From: Acholeplasmataceae bacterium
Lineage (GTDB): Bacteria; Bacillota_I; Bacilli_A; Acholeplasmatales; Acholeplasmataceae
NCBI GenBank assembly: GCA_963667565.1
Contig: OY763415.1
Coordinates: 542,019-606,018, forward strand
Direction of reading: 5' to 3'
Length of the DNA: 64,000 nucleotides
Shown: positions 41,984 through 51,507 of the stretch, one piece after another
Layout of the letters: each line of letters opens with the position of its first letter
Position numbering within the stretch: the first letter of the stretch is position 1
The notes under the pieces: model-generated
What the model saw: the letters and a program-made list of their open reading frames with translations, nothing else
The model's database searches: none
Told to the model about the DNA's origin: nothing
Program-made: the position numbers and the translations under genes

Positions 41984-43004
41984 AAACTTTCTCCTTTACG
42001 TTTGCAGAAATTTTCTTAACAAGTTTCTTAATATCTCCAAATAGCTGAATAAGACCACCTGGATAAAACATGACGACAATGATAATGAGTAATCCATTAA
42101 TAATGATAGAGTAACTACCTAAGTTAAGAGGTTGTAAGACTGCAAGATTTAATCCAAAAATAACAAATGTTCCAAGTAAAATACCCCAAATTGATTTTGT
42201 TCCACCTATAACAACGGCAGCTAATATGTTTAATGCAAATGCTAAACCAACGGATGAGACATCACCATTTCTAACAAACATTAAACTTAAAATCCCTGCA
42301 AGTGTTCCAAAAATACCTGATATTGTAAATGCGAACAAGCGATACTTAATTAAACTGATACCCATGGTTTGCGCTGCTGTTTCACTATTTTTCATTGATA
42401 AGAGTGCACGACCTGTAGGTGAATTGATCAAGTTATATGTGACAATCATCCCTAAGACAACAAAGAATGCTATAAAGTATAGTGTTGAATTCGATGCAAA
42501 TTCGATACCCAGGAAAGCAAGTGGTCTTCTTGGACCACCTGATAAGAATCCACCAGTGGTTCCTGATGCATATTCAGGAATATTTTTTATAATTTCAATA
42601 ACGATTTGTGATAAACCCATAGTTACAATCGCTAAATACATACCAGCAATTCTAAGAGATACAAATCCAAATAGCATTGAAACGGCGATAGCAACAATAA
42701 TTGCACCAACTATAGAAACCGTTAAAGGTAGTGTCATATATCTATATAGATAATGCAGTGTAAATGCACCAATACCTACAAATGCGCCAGTACCAAGTGA
42801 TGCAAGTCCACCATAACCAAGTAATAATGCAAAGCCTAAACCTGCTAAATAATAATATGAGGTAGTCACTACAGCACCAAATAAATCTGGAGGAATAACA
42901 CCTGATAAAAATCTTAAAATGACTAATACTAATCCAACAATAACGAAAGCAAATTTTGGATTCTTTAAGAATGGTTTAAATTTTTCTCTGTAAAATCTTC
43001 TCAT
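41967..43004 (-). CDS. Liv-type ABC permease (LivM-like)
   Basis: GLASLGTGAF, LRIAGMYLAIVT, SPTGRAL, VVIGG. Confidence 0.92.
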   Translation of the reverse strand: MRRFYREKFKPFLKNPKFAFVIVGLVLVILRFLSGVIPPDLFGAVVTTSYYYLAGLGFALLLGYGGLASLGTGAFVGIGAFTLHYLYRYMTLPLTVSIVGAIIVAIAVSMLFGFVSLRIAGMYLAIVTMGLSQIVIEIIKNIPEYASGTTGGFLSGGPRRPLAFLGIEFASNSTLYFIAFFVVLGMIVTYNLINSPTGRALLSMKNSETAAQTMGISLIKYRLFAFTISGIFGTLAGILSLMFVRNGDVSSVGLAFALNILAAVVIGGTKSIWGILLGTFVIFGLNLAVLQPLNLGSYSIIINGLLIIIVVMFYPGGLIQLFGDIKKLVKKISANVKEKVYGTEE

Positions 43005-43006
43005 GA

Positions 43007-43948
43007 TTACACCTTCTTAACAACTTTCTTTCCAAATAATCCTACAGGTTTAATCAAAATGGCAATCATAATTGATAAATACAAAATTGTATTACTCCAT
43101 TGTGTTAAATCCCAATTGACTAAGATTTTTGGGAATAATGTTTGACCGGTCGTTAATATGAATGCACCTGCAAGTGGACCATAGAATGTAGAAAAACCAC
43201 CTAGGATTGATGCATAAAATGCATTAACTTGCATGTCAATCATTGAAGATGATCCAAGTGTACCAATAGCTGCAGTATAAGTAATTGCTGATAATGCACC
43301 AAGTGCACCAGCGATTGCCCAGCTTAATGCATTAACAAAATCTGTATTTACACCCATAAGACCAGCAACTTTTTCATTAGATGCAACAGATCTAACACCT
43401 AAACCCCATTTTGTATATTTAAGCAAAATGAAGATAGCTGTAATAATGATTGTTGCAAGTCCTAAAGTCACAAGATTGTGAATGGGAAGGACCATACCTA
43501 AAATACTTACTGTTTCTTTTGAAAATGGGAAACTAACTCTAGTTACAGTAGATCCAAAAACGATTGGAATAATACCAGTAATGATGATAACGAGACCCAT
43601 TGTGATAATTTGTTTTGTTGCAACATTTGTATACTTAGCATTTTTGAAGATAACTGCATGAATTAAATATCCAGCAATAAATGAAATGAGTATACCTGCA
43701 AGCATAGGTAAGATAATTTGAGTGACAGAAGAAATGACAACGCTTGGCATTCCTAATAAGTCATTTACACCTTGCTTGTCAATAAAATAACTCGTTGCGT
43801 AAGCACCAATAATCCCTAGTGATCCTTGAGCAAAGTTTGTTGTCGAGCTTGTTTTAAAGATTAATACAATCCCAAATGTAGCAAGCGACAAGAAACTAAA
43901 AGCGATCAGTGAGTTCATAATGACACTAATAATATCTGAACCTAACAT
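43007..43948 (-). CDS. Liv-type ABC permease (LivH-like)
   Basis: NFAQG, TKWGLGVR, AGLMGVN, ILGGF. Confidence 0.92.
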   Translation of the reverse strand: MLGSDIISVIMNSLIAFSFLSLATFGIVLIFKTSSTTNFAQGSLGIIGAYATSYFIDKQGVNDLLGMPSVVISSVTQIILPMLAGILISFIAGYLIHAVIFKNAKYTNVATKQIITMGLVIIITGIIPIVFGSTVTRVSFPFSKETVSILGMVLPIHNLVTLGLATIIITAIFILLKYTKWGLGVRSVASNEKVAGLMGVNTDFVNALSWAIAGALGALSAITYTAAIGTLGSSSMIDMQVNAFYASILGGFSTFYGPLAGAFILTTGQTLFPKILVNWDLTQWSNTILYLSIMIAILIKPVGLFGKKVVKKV

Positions 43949-43991
43949 AATTTACCTCTCTTCATAAATACAATCATGTATTTAATAGTTT

Positions 43992-45017
43992 TTATCCCCA
44001 TTTGATGATGTTTGCTGCCCATACATAACCTATGCCTGCAGCTAACATACATACAACCGTACCATCTTTAACTTGTCCTGATTGTAATGCTAAATGAAGT
44101 GATAATATTTGATCGATTTGACCTATATGGCCATAATTTTCTAGATAAATAGATTGATCTTCAGAAAGTCCAAGTTCTTCTAACATAGATAAATGTCCTG
44201 AACGTTTCATATGAAGAATATCTAAAAATCCAATATCTTTACGTTCTAAATTTGATTTTCTTAAAGATTCATCAATACATTTGTACCAATTAATCATCGA
44301 TACTTCATTGAGTCTATCTTTCATTTTTTGACCATCTAATAGACGTAATGATTTTTTTGATTCTTCTAAATTTTCTAATGTAAGTGGATTGCATTGTCCA
44401 CCAATTTCAACACCTGCAGTTCTTGCAAGTGATCCATCACCAATCATGTGTGAGCCTAAAAGTAAGTTTTTACCATAATTTTTCTTTAAAATGATGGCTC
44501 CACCACCTGCACCTAGGTCATACATCATTGACATACTCTTATCAGCATAATCCACAAAATCGCCATTACGGTAACCACCAACAACCATGACAACATTGAC
44601 TTCATCATCAGCGATGAGCATGTCTTTTGCCATTTTTAAGGCTGAAACAGTTGTACAGCAACGGTTTTGTACATCAATACCCCAAGCATTAATTGCACCA
44701 ATACGATCTTGAATGTATAGTGCTGAAGTCGTTAGTGGATATTCTTTCCACTCTTCAGTGACACTTAAGATCACATCAATTTCTTTTGGATCTATACCTG
44801 TGTTCTTTAGAGCATCTAATGCCGCTAAAGCACCCATTTCTTGTGATCCATCTTCTGGTAATTGCGTTGGAATAACTTTTTGAACAATCCCTAATTTTTC
44901 AATTACTGCTTCTTCAGCCCAAACACCTTTTGTTTGTTCGCTGATTTCTTTTGCAGTCATTCTACCTTTAGGTAAGTAAATACCAGTTCCAACTATACCA
45001 ACATTTGTTTTTTCCAT
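43992..45017 (-). CDS. 3-oxoacyl-ACP synthase III (FabH)-fold enzyme, atypical active site
   Basis: GTGIYLP, NRCC catalytic Cys, LHMK His, NYGHIG (His where FabH has Asn), AAGIGY. Confidence 0.85.
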   Translation of the reverse strand: MEKTNVGIVGTGIYLPKGRMTAKEISEQTKGVWAEEAVIEKLGIVQKVIPTQLPEDGSQEMGALAALDALKNTGIDPKEIDVILSVTEEWKEYPLTTSALYIQDRIGAINAWGIDVQNRCCTTVSALKMAKDMLIADDEVNVVMVVGGYRNGDFVDYADKSMSMMYDLGAGGGAIILKKNYGKNLLLGSHMIGDGSLARTAGVEIGGQCNPLTLENLEESKKSLRLLDGQKMKDRLNEVSMINWYKCIDESLRKSNLERKDIGFLDILHMKRSGHLSMLEELGLSEDQSIYLENYGHIGQIDQILSLHLALQSGQVKDGTVVCMLAAGIGYVWAANIIKWG

Positions 45018-45047
45018 GTTGGACCTTCTTTCTATTTTTATGTAATG

Positions 45048-45938
45048 TTATAAATATTTTTTAAGTGTTTTAATAAATAAATCTAGATTATCAGTTAAAA
45101 CTGAATGTCCAGCTTCTTCAAATTTCACTAAAATAGCGCGATCTTTAAAGTATGCTTTCATTTCTTCAGCAAAACTCATAGGTACAACTAAATCTCTAAC
45201 ACCATGGAAAATAACAATCGGTGCAGTGATTAAATCCATACGACCAGTTCCTGGTTCAACACCATTAGAATCTTTTGTCATATTAAAATGTACTAAACTA
45301 TAATCAACATCTACTAAATTTCTTTGTTTAAAAATGGCATCTAAATAAAGTTCATAATCCTCAGGTGAAGGTTGTTTTTGATTGTATATAACAGCATTCC
45401 AAATCGCTCTAAGTATATCTCTATTGTTTGTTTGATATGCATATAATATTGGAGCAACTTGAACTTTATCATTTGCGATGTCTTCTCTTGAAGATAATTG
45501 TTCAGTTAGGATAGGTTGACCATTTTCATCTTTTTTAAACATTGGATAACCTTTAATGCCTACTGAATCAAGTAAAATTACTTTTTTAATGCGTTTTTGG
45601 AAGTCTGCTGCGACTTCTAATACAATACCACCACCTGTTGACCAACCAACAAGTGTAAGGTTATCCAAGTTCAAAGCGTTAATGAATAATTCGACATCAA
45701 CTGCAAAATCATGTAGTGAATTAAGTGGTTTAGTATAACTTGAATCTCCAAATCCTCTTAAATCTAAGGCATATACTTGATATTCTTGTTCTAACTCTTC
45801 AATCGCAACTTGCCAATGAACAGATGAACTCATATTTCCATGAACTAATAAGATGATATCTCCTTTAGTCCCTGATTTACGATACGCAATTGTTTCACCA
45901 TTTTCAAGATTAATAAATTGAACTGGATAATGTTTCAT
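45048..45938 (-). CDS. Bacillus intracellular PHB depolymerase (PhaZ)-like alpha/beta hydrolase, paralog A
   Basis: NGETIAY, VHGNMSSS.HW, DLRGFG, GWSTGG, GYPMFKKDENGQP, DKVQVAP, QRNLVDV, closely resembling B. thuringiensis PhaZ as I recall it. Confidence 0.8.
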   Translation of the reverse strand: MKHYPVQFINLENGETIAYRKSGTKGDIILLVHGNMSSSVHWQVAIEELEQEYQVYALDLRGFGDSSYTKPLNSLHDFAVDVELFINALNLDNLTLVGWSTGGGIVLEVAADFQKRIKKVILLDSVGIKGYPMFKKDENGQPILTEQLSSREDIANDKVQVAPILYAYQTNNRDILRAIWNAVIYNQKQPSPEDYELYLDAIFKQRNLVDVDYSLVHFNMTKDSNGVEPGTGRMDLITAPIVIFHGVRDLVVPMSFAEEMKAYFKDRAILVKFEEAGHSVLTDNLDLFIKTLKKYL

Positions 45939-46657
45939 AGTCTCATGCCACCATCAACACTTAGAGTTTGACCTGTAATATATGATGATTCTTCTGATGC
46001 TAAGAATAGGGCAGCATTTGCAATTTCATGTGGTTGACCTAAACGTTTTAACATCGTTAAAGCTGCAAATTGATCAAGTAAATCTTGAGGTACAGTCTTT
46101 AACATATCTGTCATTGTGTAACCTGGAGCAATCGCGTTTACTCTAACATTTGCACCTTTTCTAGCAAATTCTTTAGCCCATGTTTTAGTCAAACCAATCA
46201 CACCAGCTTTAGTTGCTGCATAATTTGCTTGTCCAATATTACCAAAAACTCCAACCACTGAACTGATGTTTATGATTGAACCATAATTGTTAGCTTCCAT
46301 AAGTGGTCCAAATAAACGTGTTAAGTTAAATACGCCTTTTAAATTGACATCTATGACTAAATTCCATTGATCATCAGTCATTTTGCGAGTCATTGAATCT
46401 CTTGTGATCCCTGCGTTGTTTACTAAAATATCAACTTTACCATATTTTTCAACTACGAAGTCAAAGAATTTTTGAACTGCTTCAACATCAGTGATGTTTA
46501 ATTCATAACCTTCGACATTTTCTGCTTCATATGATAATGCCATCATATCAACAGCGATAACCTTCGCACCTTCTTTAGAAAATGTTTCAGCCATTGATTG
46601 TCCTAAACCTCTTGCACCGCCTGTAACGACAGCGACTTTATCTTGTAATCGTTTCAT
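45935..46657 (-). CDS. SDR oxidoreductase, acetoacetyl-CoA reductase (PhaB)/FabG-like
   Basis: TGGARGLG, NNAGITRD, GQANYAATK; Asp at the end of beta-2 (AVDM). Confidence 0.88.
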   Translation of the reverse strand: MKRLQDKVAVVTGGARGLGQSMAETFSKEGAKVIAVDMMALSYEAENVEGYELNITDVEAVQKFFDFVVEKYGKVDILVNNAGITRDSMTRKMTDDQWNLVIDVNLKGVFNLTRLFGPLMEANNYGSIINISSVVGVFGNIGQANYAATKAGVIGLTKTWAKEFARKGANVRVNAIAPGYTMTDMLKTVPQDLLDQFAALTMLKRLGQPHEIANAALFLASEESSYITGQTLSVDGGMRL

Positions 46658-46677
46658 GATTTCTTCTCCTTAATGAT

Positions 46678-47886
46678 TTATTTAACTTTCTTTAAGATGA
46701 CAGCAGTTCCCATACCGCCACCGATACATAAACTTGCTAATCCTAAATTTAGATCACGTTTCATCATTTCATAAATGAGTGTAACAATGATTCTATTTCC
46801 ACTTGCTCCAACTGGATGTCCAAGTGCGATAGCACCGCCATTAACGTTACATTTTTCTAGAATTTCTTCTTTTGTAATATCAAATGCATCAGTTAATTCT
46901 TTAATGACACCTAATGACTGTGCAGCAAATGCTTCATTTAATTCAAAGAGTTCAATATCTTTGATGCTCATGTTCGCATGTGCTAATGCTTGTTTAATTG
47001 CAGGTGTAGGTCCTAAACCCATCACTGATGGATCCACGCCACCTTGACCAATACCAATTAATTCGAATAAAGGGGTTAATTGATACTTCTTAACTGCATC
47101 TTCACTTGCTAAGATGATGAAACTTGCACCATCGTTAATGCCAGATGAGCTACCAGCAGTTACTGAACCATCTTTTTTAAATACTGTTTTAAGCGTAGCT
47201 AATTTTTCTAATGATGTAGAACGATTGATATATTCATCTTTATCAAAAATGAGATCACCTTTTCTAGTTTTAATGGTAATTGGTGCGATTTCAGCATCAA
47301 ATTTACCTTCATCTTGTGCTTTAGCTGCTCTTTGTTGTGATTCAAAAGAAAATGCATCTTGTTCTTCTCTTGTGATTTGATATTTTTCTGCAATGTTTTC
47401 AGCAGTGACACCCATATGATAACCATTGAATGCATCAGTTAATGCATCATAAATCATATGATCTTGAAGTTTTTGTTCACCCATCTTAATACCAGTTCTA
47501 ACATTACCAGTAACTAAGTATGGTGCACCACTCATTGATTCTGCACCACCAGCAACAACAACTTCATGAATACCAAGTGCAATATTTGCATATCCATTCA
47601 TAAGTGTTTTCATACCACTACCACATACCATATTAATACCATATGCAGGTACGCTTGTAGGTATACCTGATTTTATTGAAATTTGTCTTGCTAAACCTTG
47701 ACCAAGTCCTGCTGGTAAAATATTACCAACTAAAACTTCATTAATTGATTGAGGATCAACCTTAGATTCCTCTAGTAATTGTTTTAAGACCTGTGATCCA
47801 AAATCACTTGGATGGACACCACTAAGTGTACCCATGAATGAACCGATTGCACTACGTTTAGCACCGACTACATAAACTTTTTTCAT
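46678..47886 (-). CDS. Acetyl-CoA C-acetyltransferase (thiolase)
   Basis: VCGSG, NEAFA, GAIALGHPVGASG, LCIGGG. Confidence 0.96.
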   Translation of the reverse strand: MKKVYVVGAKRSAIGSFMGTLSGVHPSDFGSQVLKQLLEESKVDPQSINEVLVGNILPAGLGQGLARQISIKSGIPTSVPAYGINMVCGSGMKTLMNGYANIALGIHEVVVAGGAESMSGAPYLVTGNVRTGIKMGEQKLQDHMIYDALTDAFNGYHMGVTAENIAEKYQITREEQDAFSFESQQRAAKAQDEGKFDAEIAPITIKTRKGDLIFDKDEYINRSTSLEKLATLKTVFKKDGSVTAGSSSGINDGASFIILASEDAVKKYQLTPLFELIGIGQGGVDPSVMGLGPTPAIKQALAHANMSIKDIELFELNEAFAAQSLGVIKELTDAFDITKEEILEKCNVNGGAIALGHPVGASGNRIIVTLIYEMMKRDLNLGLASLCIGGGMGTAVILKKVK

Positions 47887-47901
47887 TTTAATCTCCTTCT
47901 T

Positions 47902-47915
47902 TAAAAGCGTTTACA
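47902..47915 (-). promoter_or_regulatory. cre-like (CcpA/LacI) site next to the thiolase RBS
   Basis: TGTAAACGCTTTTA versus cre consensus TGWAANCGNTNWCA (one mismatch). Confidence 0.4.
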
Positions 47916-48006
47916 ATAATTTGGAAAAAACGAAGTAACACAAGTATAAACAGCCATTAACGCTTTTGTTAGGCTGATAACACTCAATATTACTTATAAA
48001 ATTAAC

Positions 48007-48022
48007 GTGAATAACTATTCAT
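48007..48022. promoter_or_regulatory. Candidate TetR operator 1
   Basis: GTGAATAACTATTCAT quasi-palindrome just downstream of the thiolase-operon promoter. Confidence 0.6.
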
Positions 48023-48034
48023 AATTACACTTTT

Positions 48035-48063
48035 ATATTATCATATAGTAAAACGGTTGTCAA
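48035..48063 (-). promoter_or_regulatory. SigA-type promoter of the thiolase-transporter-hydrolase operon
   Basis: TTGACA (48063-48058), 17 bp, extended -10 TGaTAATAT (to 48035). Confidence 0.75.
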
Positions 48064-48103
48064 CAAGTGTATGTGCGATTTTATAAAAATGTAAAGCGGT
48101 TAC

Positions 48104-48130
48104 AAAAAAAGGCATTTGGAATGCCTTTTT
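48104..48130 (-). terminator. Terminator after etfA
   Basis: AAAAGGCATT-tgg-AATGCCTTTT with T-run on the minus strand. Confidence 0.8.
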
Positions 48131-48158
48131 AAGGGAAAAAGAACTGCATGTATTTAAA

Positions 48159-49151
48159 CTATTGATGGAGGGCTCTAATTGCTTCTACTTCTTCTTCAAG
48201 AAGTGGAAGTACTTTGTTTGCATCAGCAATAATGGATACATCTGCGATATTAAAGATGAGTGCATTAGGATCTGTGTTAATTGCAATAATAAGCTCTGAT
48301 TTATCCATACCAGCGATATGTTGAATAGCGCCACTAATTCCAGATGCGACGTAAACAGAAGGTCTAACAGTTGACCCTGTTTGTCCTACAAGTCTGTCTT
48401 TTGGCTGTATTTGTGAATCAACTACTGCTCTTGAAGCAGCAACTTCACCACCTGTTAATTCTGCTATTTTTTTAAGTGTTTTAAACATGGTAGCGACACC
48501 ACGTCCACCTGAAATGATAAGTTTCGCTTTTGTTAAATCTACATGTTTGCTTTCAGCAATTTTAACATCTAAAACTTTAACTTTTGATTTTTTTTCAAAT
48601 TTAACTTCGAAAGGGGATATTTTAGCTACATTTTTGGAATCAATTGCGATACTAAACACTCCAGGACGGACTGTTGCCATTTGAGGTTTTGTGTTTGGAC
48701 AAATGATTGTTGCAAATAAGTTACCACCAAGCGCAGGTCTTGTTGCAAATAAATCTAGGCTTTGTTCATTTTCTTCAAATTCTAGAATTGTTGCGTCAGC
48801 TGTTAATCCTGTATTTAGTCTTGCTGATAATCTTGGACCTAAGTCTCTACCAAGAAGAGTAGATCCAATTAAAAATACATCAAAATCATTTGCTTTAATG
48901 ACTTGTGTAAGTGCATCTGAATAGTAGGTAGTATCATATACTGTTAGTTGTTCATCTTCAATGACAATAATTTCATGAGCACCACAACTAGAGATGGCTT
49001 TCAAGTCTTCTTCTTTTTTATTTCCAGTTGCATAAATTGCAACAATATGAACTCTGTTATCTAATAATCTTTTAGCTTCGCTAAGTAATTCTAAACCGAC
49101 AGAGCAAACTTTTTCATTTCTTTGTTCGATAAATACGGCACAAGTTCTCAT
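48159..49151 (-). CDS. etfA: Electron transfer flavoprotein subunit alpha
   Basis: IISGGRG, VGQTG, GISGAIQH, AINTDP. Confidence 0.95.
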   Translation of the reverse strand: MRTCAVFIEQRNEKVCSVGLELLSEAKRLLDNRVHIVAIYATGNKKEEDLKAISSCGAHEIIVIEDEQLTVYDTTYYSDALTQVIKANDFDVFLIGSTLLGRDLGPRLSARLNTGLTADATILEFEENEQSLDLFATRPALGGNLFATIICPNTKPQMATVRPGVFSIAIDSKNVAKISPFEVKFEKKSKVKVLDVKIAESKHVDLTKAKLIISGGRGVATMFKTLKKIAELTGGEVAASRAVVDSQIQPKDRLVGQTGSTVRPSVYVASGISGAIQHIAGMDKSELIIAINTDPNALIFNIADVSIIADANKVLPLLEEEVEAIRALHQ

Positions 49152-49939
49152 GAATTTGATACCTCCATATAGGGATAGATCAGTTGTGCAATTTTTTTAG
49201 CTGCAGCTTCTGGTTCCATCACTTCTTTAGGTGCTTTTTGTAATACTGGTTTTGTATATGTTTTTTTAACTCTTGTTGGAGATCCGTTAAGACCAATAGT
49301 TTGTTGATCAATACCCAAATCATCAAAAGTTACCATATCAAATGGTTTATCAAAACATGTCCAAATATCAAATGCACTCATGTATCTTGGTTGATTCATA
49401 GTTCTTGTTGTAGTAATGAGCGCAGGAAGTTCAACACTTAAAGTATATATTTCATTTTCAAATGATTTTTCAACAATGAGATCATTTTCTTTTTGTTCAA
49501 TAATTTTAGAGACATGTGTAATTTGTGGTATATCTAAAAATTCAGCAACTTGAGGACCAACTTGAGCAGTATCGCCATCAATAGCCTGATAACCAGCAAT
49601 AATTAAGTCATATTCAAGTGTTTTAATGAATGTTGATAATATTCTTGAAGTTGCCCATGTATCTGAACCTGCAAATTTACGATCTGATAAGAGATAAGCA
49701 TGATCAACACCACGAGCATATAATTCTCTAATCATTTTTTCAGCTTGAAGTGGACCCATCGTTACTGTGCTAACAGTACCACCATAAATTTCTTTTAATT
49801 TTAATGCTTCTTCTACACCTGCTAAATCATCTGGGTTGATAATGGATTTGACACCTGCTCGAATTAAAGTGTTTGTTTCTTTATCAATTTTGATTTCAGT
49901 TGTATCTGGCACTTGTTTGACTAAGACGAGAATTTTCAT
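49148..49939 (-). CDS. etfB: Electron transfer flavoprotein subunit beta
   Basis: KQVPDT, INPDD, FAGSDTWAT, IDGDTAQVGP, GLNGSPT. Confidence 0.95.
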   Translation of the reverse strand: MKILVLVKQVPDTTEIKIDKETNTLIRAGVKSIINPDDLAGVEEALKLKEIYGGTVSTVTMGPLQAEKMIRELYARGVDHAYLLSDRKFAGSDTWATSRILSTFIKTLEYDLIIAGYQAIDGDTAQVGPQVAEFLDIPQITHVSKIIEQKENDLIVEKSFENEIYTLSVELPALITTTRTMNQPRYMSAFDIWTCFDKPFDMVTFDDLGIDQQTIGLNGSPTRVKKTYTKPVLQKAPKEVMEPEAAAKKIAQLIYPYMEVSNS

Positions 49940-51060
49940 TATCTAAGCACCTTCCCTGCAATAACCATACGCTGAACTTCTGATGTACCTTCATAGATTT
50001 CAGTGATTTTAGCATCTCTATAAAATCTTTCCATTTCATAGTCTCTAATAAAACCATATCCACCCATAAGTTGAATTGCATCATCAGTAACTTCAACAGC
50101 AATTCTAGAGCAATATAATTTAGCCATTGCTGCTGATTCACTATAGTTTTTGTTATTATCTTTGTCACTAACTGCTTGATCAAGTAATAACTTAGCAGCT
50201 GTAACCTTTGTTTTCATATCTGCAATTTTAAATTGTGTATTTTGGAAACTTGCAATTGATTTACCAAATTGTTTACGTGTTTTGATATAATCAACGACAC
50301 GTTCAAATGCACCTTCAGCAATCCCTAATGCTTGTGCAGCAATACCAATTCTTCCACCATCAAGTGTCATCATAGCAATTTTAAAACCTTCATTGACTTT
50401 ACCTAAAAGATTTGCTTTAGGTACTTTAATCTTTTGCATGATAAGCTCACATGTTGATGATGCATGAATACCCATTTTCTTTTCTTTAGGCCCAACAGTA
50501 AAACCTTCCATATCTTTTTCTATAATGAAAGCGGAAATACCCTTTAATCCTAATTCGGGATTGGTCATCGCAAAAATCACATAAATATCGGCATAGCCTG
50601 CGTTGGTTATAAATATTTTATTTCCAGTGATTTCATAATAGTCACCAAAATCGATTGCTTTTGTTTGTTGACTAGCGGCATCTGTACCAGCAGATGGTTC
50701 AGTTAGACCAAACGCGCCTAAATACTCACCTTTATTTAACTTAGTTAAGTATTTAGCTTTTTGTTCTTCTGACCCAAATTGGTAAATTGGCCATGCACAT
50801 AAAGATGTATGTGCTGATAAAATAACGCCAGTTGTTGCACAATATTTAGATAATGTTCTTACTGTATCAATGTATGCTTTGTTATCAGCACCAACACCAC
50901 CATATTGTGTAGGAAATGGAATACCAAGTAATCCATACCTTCCCATCTTTTCAACGGTTTCTACTGGAAATCTTTCTTCTTCATCAATTTCTCTTGCGAG
51001 TGGCTTAACAACTTCTAGGCTAAATTGTTCAACCATTTCTTGTAATAATTCGTGTCTCAT
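49939..51060 (-). CDS. bcd: Butyryl-CoA-type acyl-CoA dehydrogenase
   Basis: FGLTEPSAGTD, GNKIFITN, LDGGRIGIA, KITEIYEGTSEVQ; adjacent etfBA. Confidence 0.88.
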   Translation of the reverse strand: MRHELLQEMVEQFSLEVVKPLAREIDEEERFPVETVEKMGRYGLLGIPFPTQYGGVGADNKAYIDTVRTLSKYCATTGVILSAHTSLCAWPIYQFGSEEQKAKYLTKLNKGEYLGAFGLTEPSAGTDAASQQTKAIDFGDYYEITGNKIFITNAGYADIYVIFAMTNPELGLKGISAFIIEKDMEGFTVGPKEKKMGIHASSTCELIMQKIKVPKANLLGKVNEGFKIAMMTLDGGRIGIAAQALGIAEGAFERVVDYIKTRKQFGKSIASFQNTQFKIADMKTKVTAAKLLLDQAVSDKDNNKNYSESAAMAKLYCSRIAVEVTDDAIQLMGGYGFIRDYEMERFYRDAKITEIYEGTSEVQRMVIAGKVLR

Positions 51061-51473
51061 TTTGGGGGCATAACCGTAGCAACACCTGTAATCACAACTT
51101 CATCATGTTGATTGTATGCGATTGTTTCAAGGATCACTCGATTTTTCTCCTCTATAATTTCACTGACTGTACAAACTGCCTTAATGGTATCGCCTATAAA
51201 TACCGGTTTGACAAATTTTGAATCTTGACGCAAGTAAATAGTTCCACATCCTGGTAATTGAGTACCTAAAACTGTAGAAAATAATGCGCTCACGAGTCCG
51301 CCATGTACGATTCTTTTACCAAACATCGTATTACATGCGTAACCATCATTAATGTGCACAGGATTTTGATCACCTGATACACCAGCAAATAAGATCACAT
51401 CAGCATCTGTCATCGTTTTTTGAAAATATGCAGTGTCACCAACATGAAGATCAGTCATCGTTTTGCCTTTCAC
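51057..51473 (-). CDS. MaoC/PhaJ-type (R)-specific enoyl-CoA hydratase
   Basis: SGDQNPVH (D/H dyad), IVHG, PVFIGDT; start moved to GTG 51473 behind GAAGGAAG. Confidence 0.88.
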   Translation of the reverse strand: MKGKTMTDLHVGDTAYFQKTMTDADVILFAGVSGDQNPVHINDGYACNTMFGKRIVHGGLVSALFSTVLGTQLPGCGTIYLRQDSKFVKPVFIGDTIKAVCTVSEIIEEKNRVILETIAYNQHDEVVITGVATVMPPK

Positions 51474-51507
51474 TTTGCTTCCTTCTTTCGTATTAAATTT
51501 TTGTAAC

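Noticed and set aside
42226-42753. 175-aa plus-strand ORF
   Set aside because: Antisense shadow of the LivM-like permease.
43992-47886. Fatty-acid biosynthesis (fabH-fabG) operon
   Set aside because: No ACP, FabD, FabF, FabZ or Acc genes; atypical KAS III site, NAD-type SDR, and catabolic neighbours.
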